Source: a virus. From it: a DNA stretch of 64,000 nt. The stretch spans positions 1 to 64,000 of IMG/VR virus record IMGVR_UViG_3300026519_000239. One strand, 5' to 3'. Position 1 is the stretch's first letter, and each line of letters opens with the position of its first letter. A program made the position numbers and the translations under genes. This document shows, one piece after another, positions 1 through 8,837 of this stretch. The notes under the pieces were generated by a model. It did not search any database and had not been told where the DNA came from. It saw only the letters and a program-made list of their open reading frames with translations.

Positions 1-201
1 ATTTTGTTCTTTCATCTTGGGCTTTTAGCAGATGACTATTTCTATAATGGAATGGGTACTACAATCATTCCTAGCAGCGATGTTGATGTTACTGCTGGCG
101 ATCATCCGATTGAAATAAAAAAAAAAGCGCCCCTTACAGTGCACAGATTCACCGGTGATGCTTGCGATGATCCATGGGCTGTATGGGACGCGCTAATTTA
201 A
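1..201 (+). CDS. 3' end of a hypothetical protein, truncated by the window edge
   Basis: Open frame from the window start to TAA at 199-201, followed by an inverted repeat at ~219-253. Confidence 0.5.
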   Translation: MLFFHLGLLADDYFYNGMGTTIIPSSDVDVTAGDHPIEIKKKAPLTVHRFTGDACDDPWAVWDALI

Positions 202-218
202 GTAGTTGCCGAATTATT

Positions 219-253
219 CCTCCTGCTACTGTATGTAACGAGTAGCAGGCAGG
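219..253. terminator. Stem-loop between convergent genes, possible terminator
   Basis: CCTGCTACT...AGTAGCAGG inverted repeat between ORF 1-201 (+) and ORF 288-761 (-). Confidence 0.45.
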
Positions 254-287
254 CGTAGCTAGTTCTTTTCTTGGGTTGGGTACTGGT

Positions 288-761
288 CTATACGTCTGCC
301 TCTTTATTTAACATGGCATGTCTTATTTTTCGCCATGCTCTTGCATCATATGTATCCATAGTCTCTAGCCTACGAATCTTGATGCCCTTGTCTCCAATAA
401 ACGCTAATGTAAGCTGTCGACTATCCCCACGTATAGCCATTGCTGCAATTTTCATGCCAGCAAATTCTATGGAGTTATCCTCAGAAGTAATATATGACAC
501 TTCAATTTCATGATCTGAAGTGCCAGTAATAATCCATTCGCCAGTATCCTGTTTTTTTAAATCAGTTATCTTGATAGTTACGAATATACGGCTATTCCTA
601 GCAAAAGTGAGTTTTTCATATGTAAGTATCGTAGACCTTCCAGCCATTGGGGAATCTTCATCGTGACATAGCATGATTTCTGTTTTATCTGGATTTGTTG
701 TAGGCCATGGGAAGTTGCGTGCGAGTAGCAATCGACCTGATTTATTTGATGTATCTTTCAT
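288..761 (-). CDS. Hypothetical protein; C-terminal part weakly CsrA/RsmA-like
   Basis: 157-aa ORF with AGGA RBS. The C-terminal IEFAGMKIAAMAIRGDSRQLTLAFIGDKGIKIRRLE resembles the CsrA beta-strand pattern. Confidence 0.55.
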   Translation of the reverse strand: MKDTSNKSGRLLLARNFPWPTTNPDKTEIMLCHDEDSPMAGRSTILTYEKLTFARNSRIFVTIKITDLKKQDTGEWIITGTSDHEIEVSYITSEDNSIEFAGMKIAAMAIRGDSRQLTLAFIGDKGIKIRRLETMDTYDARAWRKIRHAMLNKEADV

Positions 762-829
762 AGTTTATTTCCTTTTAAGTTGGGTTAGGTTTGGTAGCAC
801 ATACATGACTACCTTGGGTTAAACAGATA

Positions 830-1336
830 ATGTCAGTTACAAATTCTACTTATATCGGTGCATTAAACCATCCTGAAGGATGGTGGAATGTACATAGAGA
901 GGCGCTCTACCATACTGATCCAAGATTGTTCCGTGGATCAGCTCTTTTACAACACCCATATAACCACCCACATTCTATTCATGGGTCTGTTAAGACTGGG
1001 TGTTATGAGCATACTGGTTCGTACCTTCCATACCATTCTTGTGAACCTATTGGAATTAAGTGTAATCAAGAATTGGCCCCTGGCTGGGTTCTTGGTAAGA
1101 AGTATAAGAAGTGCGATCTAGTGGCCGTATGTTCTCCTACAGGAGACACATATATTGCTCAGAGTCTTATAGATGATAACTCTGAGTATCCGTTGACTGG
1201 GGTTACGATGACACCTCCCACATGGAAGCTCACTAACCTCAAGACAATCATTGATGGATTAAAGGCTGGGTGTACAGCTACTGTTCCTGTGAATACACCT
1301 CCACGTATCCTTAATGTACAAGCTATCGGAGGTTAA
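830..1336 (+). CDS. Putative virion appendage base protein ending in an orphan Ig A-strand (NTPPRILNV)
   Basis: 168-aa first gene of the Ig-repeat operon. Its last codons GGA GGT form the RBS of the next gene. Confidence 0.7.
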   Translation: MSVTNSTYIGALNHPEGWWNVHREALYHTDPRLFRGSALLQHPYNHPHSIHGSVKTGCYEHTGSYLPYHSCEPIGIKCNQELAPGWVLGKKYKKCDLVAVCSPTGDTYIAQSLIDDNSEYPLTGVTMTPPTWKLTNLKTIIDGLKAGCTATVPVNTPPRILNVQAIGG

Positions 1337-1340
1337 GAAA

Positions 1341-2891
1341 ATGGCACTTACAGGTACTTTGAAATTTAATGTCGTTGATGACGAACAGTCTCAAGTCAAG
1401 CTGACTATTGATTGGGGAGATGGTCAGACATTTATAGATCCTGCTGTACCGTCCAACGGGCAGTTGTATGAGAAGAGCCATACATATGCTACTGCTGGTA
1501 CGTATACGTATAAGATTACTGCTGATGATTTACAGTCACAGAACAATATTGGTATTCACCAAGGACAATGGACTATCACAGGGGCAGCAAATAACAATCC
1601 AACAATTCAAGCCATTCAAGATAAGGTATGGCCTGTAAACCAAAGTATTGTTCCATTTGCTGTTTTGGCTTCTGATCCAGATGGGGATACTCTCACTTAT
1701 ACCGTCACTGGACTTCCTGCTGGTGTTACGTTTAATCCGACTACCAAGCAAATTTCAGGTACGCCTACTGTAGCTCAGAATGCTGTTCCTGTTACCGTGC
1801 AGGTTACAGATAGTAAAGGTGGGTCAGCACAGGTACAGTTCAATGCTACTGTTATTGCCCCTAATGTAAATAATCCACCTGTCATTACATTCACAGGAAC
1901 TCCAGCATTTGATGAGGCAGGGAATGTTATCGGTGTTACGCCAAGTGCTACAGATCCACAAGGAGACACTATTACTTATCAGTGGAGTGTTGTGTCTAAG
2001 CCTGCTAGTTCTGGTGCTGTTACCTTCTCTAATCCAACTAGTATTAGCTCTGGCATCAAAGTTAATGCGCCTCTTTCTGGTGGCACCTATGTGTTTAGGC
2101 TGACTGCTACAGATAGCAAGGGTTCTTCATCCAGTAAGGACTTGACCGTAGTCAAATCCACTACTGTCAACATCCCCCCAATTGTCCTGTCTCGTGCTGA
2201 TGTCAACACTAAAGTAGGTACTGCTACTCCTGCTACTTCTCCAATTGTCGTTGAAGTTAATGATCCAAACGGGGATAGCATCACCAGTATCACCGCTACT
2301 GGCTTGCCACCGGGGATGACAGCTTCCCCGAAGCTGCTGTTCAATAAGCTGGAGATTTCTGGTACTCCAACTACTGCCGGTTCATACACAGTTACAGTTA
2401 CAGCTACAGATGCTCAAGGAGCGCAAGGCAGCAGGGCATTTAACATCATTGTTGCTGCTATTAATACGCCACCTATCATCACTGTGGATCAGTTTGGTCC
2501 TGTTAATACAGGTGGTGGCGGTACTACTAATACCCCACCAGTTATCGCTACAACTAGTACTAGTACAACGAAAACAGGCGGTACTGTTATCACGCCTAAG
2601 ACTGAATTTGGCATTGTTGGCTCAGATGCAGATGGCGATACGTTAACGTACTCATGGACTCCGGGTACTGGATTGAGTTACACAGATTTCTCCAATGCTC
2701 AGTCTATTGATACTACTGTGACGTTACCGACTGTAGCAGGCACTTACGCCTTGACGCTTAATGTAAGTGACGGCACTACTGCTGTATCCAAAACCTTTAC
2801 TGCTGTGGTTCAAGCTGCTAGTGGCGGCGTAACTGGTGGTGTAAGCAATGCTGCACCTACTCTTGAACTTGGCACGCCAACAGGTGGTTAA
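1341..2891 (+). CDS. PKD / putative-Ig (He_PIG-like) repeat protein
   Basis: WGDG PKD motif and repeated N.PP.I...DPDGD.LTY...GLPAG...ISGTPT units. ATG at 1341 follows GGAGG. No signal peptide. Confidence 0.85.
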   Translation: MALTGTLKFNVVDDEQSQVKLTIDWGDGQTFIDPAVPSNGQLYEKSHTYATAGTYTYKITADDLQSQNNIGIHQGQWTITGAANNNPTIQAIQDKVWPVNQSIVPFAVLASDPDGDTLTYTVTGLPAGVTFNPTTKQISGTPTVAQNAVPVTVQVTDSKGGSAQVQFNATVIAPNVNNPPVITFTGTPAFDEAGNVIGVTPSATDPQGDTITYQWSVVSKPASSGAVTFSNPTSISSGIKVNAPLSGGTYVFRLTATDSKGSSSSKDLTVVKSTTVNIPPIVLSRADVNTKVGTATPATSPIVVEVNDPNGDSITSITATGLPPGMTASPKLLFNKLEISGTPTTAGSYTVTVTATDAQGAQGSRAFNIIVAAINTPPIITVDQFGPVNTGGGGTTNTPPVIATTSTSTTKTGGTVITPKTEFGIVGSDADGDTLTYSWTPGTGLSYTDFSNAQSIDTTVTLPTVAGTYALTLNVSDGTTAVSKTFTAVVQAASGGVTGGVSNAAPTLELGTPTGG

Positions 2892-2893
2892 CG

Positions 2894-4573
2894 ATGGCTG
2901 ATGGTACTCTTATTATTCCATACCGTGTTACTGACGCTGACAGTCCTGCTAGTAGCCTTCGTATTAATTTCCTTGTACGAGATGCCAGTACGCAAGCAAT
3001 TGTTAGTACGTTTTATGTAACCCCTACAGCTTTGGGCCAATGGCTCAACGCATCCAAGGTACTTCCTGCCGGTACATACACAGTTGACGGAATTGTTACT
3101 GACGGTACAAATGCAAGTTCTGTTCAGAAAACTAATCCTGTTACTGTGGTTCCGGGGCAGGTAGTTACTGCTTCTTGGATTGGAGGCAACACAACATTTC
3201 ATATTGATTGGTCTAAGATGTGGCCTCTGGCCAATATCTGGAAGTCCTGTAGAGACCCAAGGAGAAGCCCTCTTGGTTCCTCTGGTACACAGACATGGGA
3301 TAGCAATGATGAATTAGTAACCAATACAGGCACTGTCAGTACAGCTATTGGAGTGTCCTACCCTGAGTTTCCTAAAGGCACTTATGTCGTTGAGTGGGAT
3401 GGCTCAGGGAGTATGACTGTGAATGGTGTCAATGTTCCTTCTACCGGCGGTACTGTGGCTATCCAATCAGGTGCTGGTCCAGAAGGGTCTATTTCTGTGG
3501 ATATACATGGAGTATGCACAGGAATCCGTATTTACAAAGAAGGACATGACCCACTGAAAGCTCACCCTGATTTTGTAGCCAAATTCTCTCAGCTTGGCGT
3601 TATCAGATTTATGGATCTAATGGGTACCAACTCATCTGTAGTTGACTCCATTACTGCACTTCCTAAGCCAGAAGATAGCTTCTATACAAGACAGTCTACT
3701 TATACTCATGATGGTGCAAATCAAGCCAGATACGGAGATGGGTTGCCTATTGAAGTTTGCTGCATGATTGCCAAGGAGTGTAATGCTATTCCTTGGCTTC
3801 ATTCATACCATTTACTGGATGATGCTGGCATTACAGAGATGGCACGGAGAGCTAAATCTGTGATGGGTACATTGCCATGTATTCATGAGTTTTCAAATGA
3901 ATGCTGGAATGATCAGCCTGATTTTCAGCAAACCAACTGGTGCCGTCAGAGAGGCATTGAAGCTGGTTTAGACCCAGCAAACCAATACCAAGCAGGCTAT
4001 CGGTACTACGCTAAACGGGTCATTGAGGCTGGTAGGGCATGGAAATCAGCCTATCCAAATACTGTCAATGTTTTGGCTTGGCAAAAATTAGAAGCTCAGT
4101 ATAAGGACTATTGGCAGCTCAATAATGTGTTGAAGCCCCAGATTGATTCTATGAATGGCATGGGCGATATAGACGCTGTATCTATATCTGGGTACCACGG
4201 CGGGCAGATAGTAAGTGTCGCGGATTGGTTTAATAATGTTGATGCTTACATGGCAGACACTAAGTCCTCATGGCAGGGGTTTAAAATTAATGTTGCTGAT
4301 GCATGGGGCAACAAGAAGTTCTTTGTTTATGAGGGAAACTGGTCTGGCATGGGGACAACTGATGTCATGCGTGATGCTCGATTTCAAGCCAAATTTGAGC
4401 AGCATTTACAAGATGCTTTCGATGTAGGCATCGACTTGTACTGTGTCTACACCATCATTGCTAAGAATGGCTCTGGGCAAGGATGGGGCATTTTGGATTA
4501 TCAAGGCCAAGCAACGTCTCCGGGATGGCAAGCTATTCTTGCTAAACTGGGACTCAAGAGTTTTCAGGTTTGA
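2894..4573 (+). CDS. Ig-like domain fused to a clan GH-A-like glycoside hydrolase ('cellulose-binding protein' type)
   Basis: IRFMDLMGTN, GLPIEV..., PWLH, HEFSNECWN (candidate acid/base NE) and VYEG (candidate nucleophile) motifs. Confidence 0.7.
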   Translation: MADGTLIIPYRVTDADSPASSLRINFLVRDASTQAIVSTFYVTPTALGQWLNASKVLPAGTYTVDGIVTDGTNASSVQKTNPVTVVPGQVVTASWIGGNTTFHIDWSKMWPLANIWKSCRDPRRSPLGSSGTQTWDSNDELVTNTGTVSTAIGVSYPEFPKGTYVVEWDGSGSMTVNGVNVPSTGGTVAIQSGAGPEGSISVDIHGVCTGIRIYKEGHDPLKAHPDFVAKFSQLGVIRFMDLMGTNSSVVDSITALPKPEDSFYTRQSTYTHDGANQARYGDGLPIEVCCMIAKECNAIPWLHSYHLLDDAGITEMARRAKSVMGTLPCIHEFSNECWNDQPDFQQTNWCRQRGIEAGLDPANQYQAGYRYYAKRVIEAGRAWKSAYPNTVNVLAWQKLEAQYKDYWQLNNVLKPQIDSMNGMGDIDAVSISGYHGGQIVSVADWFNNVDAYMADTKSSWQGFKINVADAWGNKKFFVYEGNWSGMGTTDVMRDARFQAKFEQHLQDAFDVGIDLYCVYTIIAKNGSGQGWGILDYQGQATSPGWQAILAKLGLKSFQV

Positions 4574-4586
4574 GGGGTAAGAACAG

Positions 4587-6164
4587 ATGGTTGATTATGT
4601 ATTGAAGTTCCGTGTACGGGATGCTGAACAAAGCGCGTGTGATGCAACAGTTGAGTGGGGAGATGGTAGTGCTAATGAGTCTATTATTGGAATTGCTGCT
4701 GATGACTCTCAAGTAGTTACCAAGAATCATAATTACGCAACTAATGGTACGTATACATTACGGATCACTGCTGATGACAAGCAGTCTGATAACAACACTA
4801 CTGTCTGGTCCCAGTCAGTGACAGTCACAGGCAACACTGCTGCAAACTCTGCTCCTACAATTACACAAGTGCCTGATAAGACGTTTATAGCCGGGCAGGC
4901 TATTACGCCAATTCAGATCAGTGGTACCGATCCAGACGGTGATACCGTGAGCTTTACGGTATCTGGCTTACCTGCTGGTTTGACTTATGATGCAACCAAC
5001 AAGCAGATCACTGGTACGCCCACTGGTACAGGCAGTTCCACCATTACTGTAGTTGGTTCAGATGGCAAAGGTGGTCAGAGCACGATGACATTTAATGCCA
5101 CTGTTAGCGCTACTACACCTGCCAACAAAGCTCCTGTTGTTGGTTCAGCTATACCAAAGATTCAAGTACTCAAAGGACTGGCTAAGACATTCACTATCCC
5201 ATCTAATGCGTTTTTTGACCCTGATGGTGATGCGTTGACATACTCACTGACTGGGGATAAGTTCAGCGCAGCCCTAACTGGCAATACGATCACCTTTAAT
5301 AACAGCCTGAATAGTGGCTATTTAATGGAGATTACAGCTACTGATCCTAGCGGGGCCAGTGCAAAGCAGACAGTGCAGGTAGAATTAGTAACAGTAAGTC
5401 CCGGTACTGCTCAGGACATGTCATTTACCAATACTGGTCCAATTGCTACTTTTAGCTTTGTTCCTAAGACTTCTCCTATTTTATCGCCTCAAGCCAAGCT
5501 AACTGCTGAAATTGATTGGGGGGATGGATCAAAGAACACCTATATAGGGCTGACTGCTGGTTCTCAGGTACAAAGGCAGCATACATATTCTGCTAACGGC
5601 AACTTTACTGCTAGAGTGCGGGTTAAGCACGATGGTGCTACTGATACATCGTACTCTAGCCCGATCAGTGCACTCGTCACCATTACAGGAGCCGCTCCTA
5701 ACAATAATCCAGTAATTCAGGCAATTGGCAATAAGACCTTTACTCAAGGTACTGCTATTACCTCTATTCCTCTTGTTGGGAATGATCCTGATGGGGATGC
5801 GGTCACATTCACAGTCACTGGGTTGCCTGCTGGCTTGAGTTATGACGCTACTAACAAGCGGATTGCAGGAACACCAACCGCCACTGGTTCAAACATCGTT
5901 ACTGTGAACGCTTCTGATGGTAAGGGAGGAACTGCTAGTACTACGTTTACCATCACCGTCAATGCTGCTACTCCGACCGCTATCGCTATAGCTGATAACG
6001 TGGGCACTAAGAATCCTGGCGAGACATTCACATATGACTTAGCTGCCAATGACACACCCTGTAGTCAAGGTACGACGACCTACGAACTGGTGCCTGGATC
6101 TGAAACCAATTGTAGCGTAACTATTGACCCGATTACGGGTGTAGCAACAATCACTGTGCAGTAA
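4587..6164 (+). CDS. PKD / He_PIG / dystroglycan-type cadherin-like repeat protein
   Basis: Two WGDG PKD units, two GLPAGL.YD...GTPT units, an F.DPDGDAL cadherin-like unit and a truncated final Ig domain. Confidence 0.85.
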   Translation: MVDYVLKFRVRDAEQSACDATVEWGDGSANESIIGIAADDSQVVTKNHNYATNGTYTLRITADDKQSDNNTTVWSQSVTVTGNTAANSAPTITQVPDKTFIAGQAITPIQISGTDPDGDTVSFTVSGLPAGLTYDATNKQITGTPTGTGSSTITVVGSDGKGGQSTMTFNATVSATTPANKAPVVGSAIPKIQVLKGLAKTFTIPSNAFFDPDGDALTYSLTGDKFSAALTGNTITFNNSLNSGYLMEITATDPSGASAKQTVQVELVTVSPGTAQDMSFTNTGPIATFSFVPKTSPILSPQAKLTAEIDWGDGSKNTYIGLTAGSQVQRQHTYSANGNFTARVRVKHDGATDTSYSSPISALVTITGAAPNNNPVIQAIGNKTFTQGTAITSIPLVGNDPDGDAVTFTVTGLPAGLSYDATNKRIAGTPTATGSNIVTVNASDGKGGTASTTFTITVNAATPTAIAIADNVGTKNPGETFTYDLAANDTPCSQGTTTYELVPGSETNCSVTIDPITGVATITVQ

Positions 6165-6182
6165 TTTTAGGAGTTTTTTGTT

Positions 6183-7238
6183 ATGCCATTTTCATTTGAG
6201 TACAACATCAAATGCAACGGAACAGTGGTTGATACAGCCATTGTTACTGGACAGATTAGCAACAGCGCGCCAGTAATAACCTCAGCGGCTAGCAGTGTCA
6301 CAAAGACAACGTGTACTATGTCCACGGCTGATTTTGGTATCACTGTCACTGACCCTAATAGCGATACTGTTACCTACTTATGGGAAGACGTTTCGCCAAA
6401 TGGGTCAGTGACTATCGCTGATAATACTTTGCTGGTTACTGATATTTCATTCAATGGCGTATCAGGCTCAACTACTGCATCTTATGCTGTCAAACTTACG
6501 GTATCAGATGGGAACTTGAGCACATCGCAGGTATTCAACATCACTAAAGAGGCCAATAAGCCTGCTCAGTTGGAATCCAAGCTGCCTGATTTTCTCATTG
6601 AAAAGGGGGCCGCATTTAGCTATCAGATACCTACGTCTTCGTTCTCTGATCCAGAGAATGATCCGGTGTCGTTCTTTTTGTCAGTAGGGATGCCTTCCGG
6701 TATTAGCTTTGATAAGACGACCAGAACGTTTTCAGGGACTCCGACGTCTTCTAACACTTATGGAAACGGCGTATTATTCAAAGATACTGGTAGCTGTGCT
6801 AATGGAGCCAGTGTTGGGGCGTGGTTTGGTTGGACTGTATATGATCAAGCTGATAGCAATAACCCGCTGAATACTGCCATGGTTACTCTGAATAACTCAG
6901 TTAATGTCCCTTATCTAGTATGCGAGGTAGGCGTCCCAGTAGATTACCCGCTACCTCCGGCGGCTTCATTTATTAATGATCCCGCTGGGAGGGCGTTCGA
7001 GCTGAGCGGTGCCTCTTTGCCACCAGGCCTGTCTGTTGACACCGCTGCTAATAAGATCGTCGGTACGCCAACAACGAGTAAGCTTGCTGGTGTATTGCTG
7101 TACTGCAAATTCGCAGGGACTATATACGCCGCCCGTCTGACATCGTTCCCGATAAAAGTGGAGCCAGCAGGCACCGGACTTCAAGTGGGTGCTACTGGTG
7201 TACTTGAGGGTACCGATCATTCATTTCCGGGGTACTAA
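6183..7238 (+). CDS. Cadherin-like / He_PIG Ig-repeat protein
   Basis: FSYQIP.SSFSDPENDP, GMPSGISFD..TRTFSGTPT and LPPGLSVD...GTPT motifs. AGGAG RBS. Confidence 0.8.
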   Translation: MPFSFEYNIKCNGTVVDTAIVTGQISNSAPVITSAASSVTKTTCTMSTADFGITVTDPNSDTVTYLWEDVSPNGSVTIADNTLLVTDISFNGVSGSTTASYAVKLTVSDGNLSTSQVFNITKEANKPAQLESKLPDFLIEKGAAFSYQIPTSSFSDPENDPVSFFLSVGMPSGISFDKTTRTFSGTPTSSNTYGNGVLFKDTGSCANGASVGAWFGWTVYDQADSNNPLNTAMVTLNNSVNVPYLVCEVGVPVDYPLPPAASFINDPAGRAFELSGASLPPGLSVDTAANKIVGTPTTSKLAGVLLYCKFAGTIYAARLTSFPIKVEPAGTGLQVGATGVLEGTDHSFPGY

Positions 7239-7239
7239 A

Positions 7240-8817
7240 ATGAGTGCTTTCTCGTTTATGTACAAAATCTCCTGCGGCGACAATGCGTTTGCCGCAGAAG
7301 TATCTGGTGTAGCTAATAGTCCATATAAAGTCGCAGTGTTTGTCATTGCCGGGCAGTCGAATACGCATTTTGGTAAAAATGACGTACCCACTACAGCACC
7401 GTTAGATCGTTTGTACCAAGTCGCCCGTGGCGGGGCCAATGATGGGACTGTTGTCCCTGTAGCATCTCTTCCGCTTGACTTCTCTAGTGCGACTTCTGAC
7501 CGCGCTGGATTCGGTGCGTTGTTTGCTAGCAAATACGCTACAGACAACCCCACGCATGATGTGATTCTTGTACCCACTGGTGTTGGGTCTACTTCTCTCA
7601 AATCTGGCGCGTGGCGAAAAGGTGGAAACTTGTATCAAGATACGATAGCCAGAGTAGCTATTGCATTGGCACATCATCCTGATGCTTTTTTAGCTGGGGT
7701 ACTGTGGCATCAAGGGGAGTCCGATGTTGGTAACGCCCAATATCAGAGTCAACTTGACGCCATGATTGCCGACATGCGCTCTGATATCGGTGTTCCTGAT
7801 GTCCCGTTCTTGCTTGGTACACTGTCCCCTTTGTGGCTTGAAAATAATCAATCGGGGCGGGATATCGATACCATTATCAGAGGAACTCCATCACGGGTTC
7901 CAAACACTACCTTGGTGGACGCTGCTGACTACCCGTTATTGACTAAGTACATGCGGTCTGAGGAGATACATTTCTCCTATAAGGCACAGCGTGTTTTGGC
8001 CGACAGATACTACCGGGCTTTTCTTGGCCGGCGTAGATTGGAAGCTGCTCACGCTATTTCATTTACCACGAGCGCGCGCATAGTAGTTGCTGCTGGATTT
8101 GATGTCGATTCTTATATCGTGCGTTATAGTAATAATGGTACTGACATGCAGTCCGTGAGCAGTAACGGTGAGTTGAGTATCAGCGGTTTATCTCCAGATA
8201 CTTCGTATTCGGCATTTGTGTACGGAGTAATTAACGGCGTTGAGACACAGCCTTTGCCTGTACAGTTTAGGACTATGTCTGAAGCTCCTAAACTAGCGAT
8301 AGTTGGGGTAAGGGATAAGCCCACGAACGAAGTCACTGGCAACGTACCAACTTCAGTGGTGTACCCCGATTTAAGTACCAGTGAGCACGGATGGTACAAG
8401 TACTACAACGTATTTTCTGGTGGCGGAGGGCTTCGTACTGACGCGGTAATACGTGTTGGCGACGCTTATAAAAAAGTGATTCATTTTACGATTGAAACTA
8501 TGCCGAGTTCACGTGGTAACTTGGTGAGTTCTAATCAAATATTTTCACATCACCTGAGCGTATTTTCAGACGGGCGCATAGCCGCTGGGCATGGGACAAA
8601 TTTTACCGTTGTAGAATCGGCGCCTGGAAAAATTCAGGCAGGTGTGTGGTACACAGCAGAAGTCGAATACGACGGTAGCAACCTCTCCTTGCATCTGGAT
8701 GAGGAGCTTATAGCATCTGCTGCTGTCGCTCCGATACCTGTAGATGGTGCTGTACAAGTTTTCGCTGCTGGCAGCAACGCGGTAATAGGTGCATTTGACT
8801 ATGTACTTGTTACTTAA
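7240..8817 (+). CDS. SGNH (sialate O-acetylesterase-type) carbohydrate esterase with FN3-like and LamG/ConA-like domains
   Basis: AGQSN (block I), WHQGESD (block III), EEIHF (variant block V); GLSPDTSY FN3 motif; WYTAEVEYDGSNLSLHLD LamG-like motif. ATG at 7240 directly follows the upstream stop. Confidence 0.85.
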   Translation: MSAFSFMYKISCGDNAFAAEVSGVANSPYKVAVFVIAGQSNTHFGKNDVPTTAPLDRLYQVARGGANDGTVVPVASLPLDFSSATSDRAGFGALFASKYATDNPTHDVILVPTGVGSTSLKSGAWRKGGNLYQDTIARVAIALAHHPDAFLAGVLWHQGESDVGNAQYQSQLDAMIADMRSDIGVPDVPFLLGTLSPLWLENNQSGRDIDTIIRGTPSRVPNTTLVDAADYPLLTKYMRSEEIHFSYKAQRVLADRYYRAFLGRRRLEAAHAISFTTSARIVVAAGFDVDSYIVRYSNNGTDMQSVSSNGELSISGLSPDTSYSAFVYGVINGVETQPLPVQFRTMSEAPKLAIVGVRDKPTNEVTGNVPTSVVYPDLSTSEHGWYKYYNVFSGGGGLRTDAVIRVGDAYKKVIHFTIETMPSSRGNLVSSNQIFSHHLSVFSDGRIAAGHGTNFTVVESAPGKIQAGVWYTAEVEYDGSNLSLHLDEELIASAAVAPIPVDGAVQVFAAGSNAVIGAFDYVLVT

Positions 8818-8837
8818 TTTAAAGTGGAAAGTATCTA

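Noticed and set aside
1328-2893. C-terminal Gly-Gly of ORFs 830 and 1341 as a ubiquitin-like conjugation motif
   Set aside because: The codons (GGA GGT, GGT GGT) are explained as the Shine-Dalgarno of the next gene, and no E1/E2-like enzyme is in the window.
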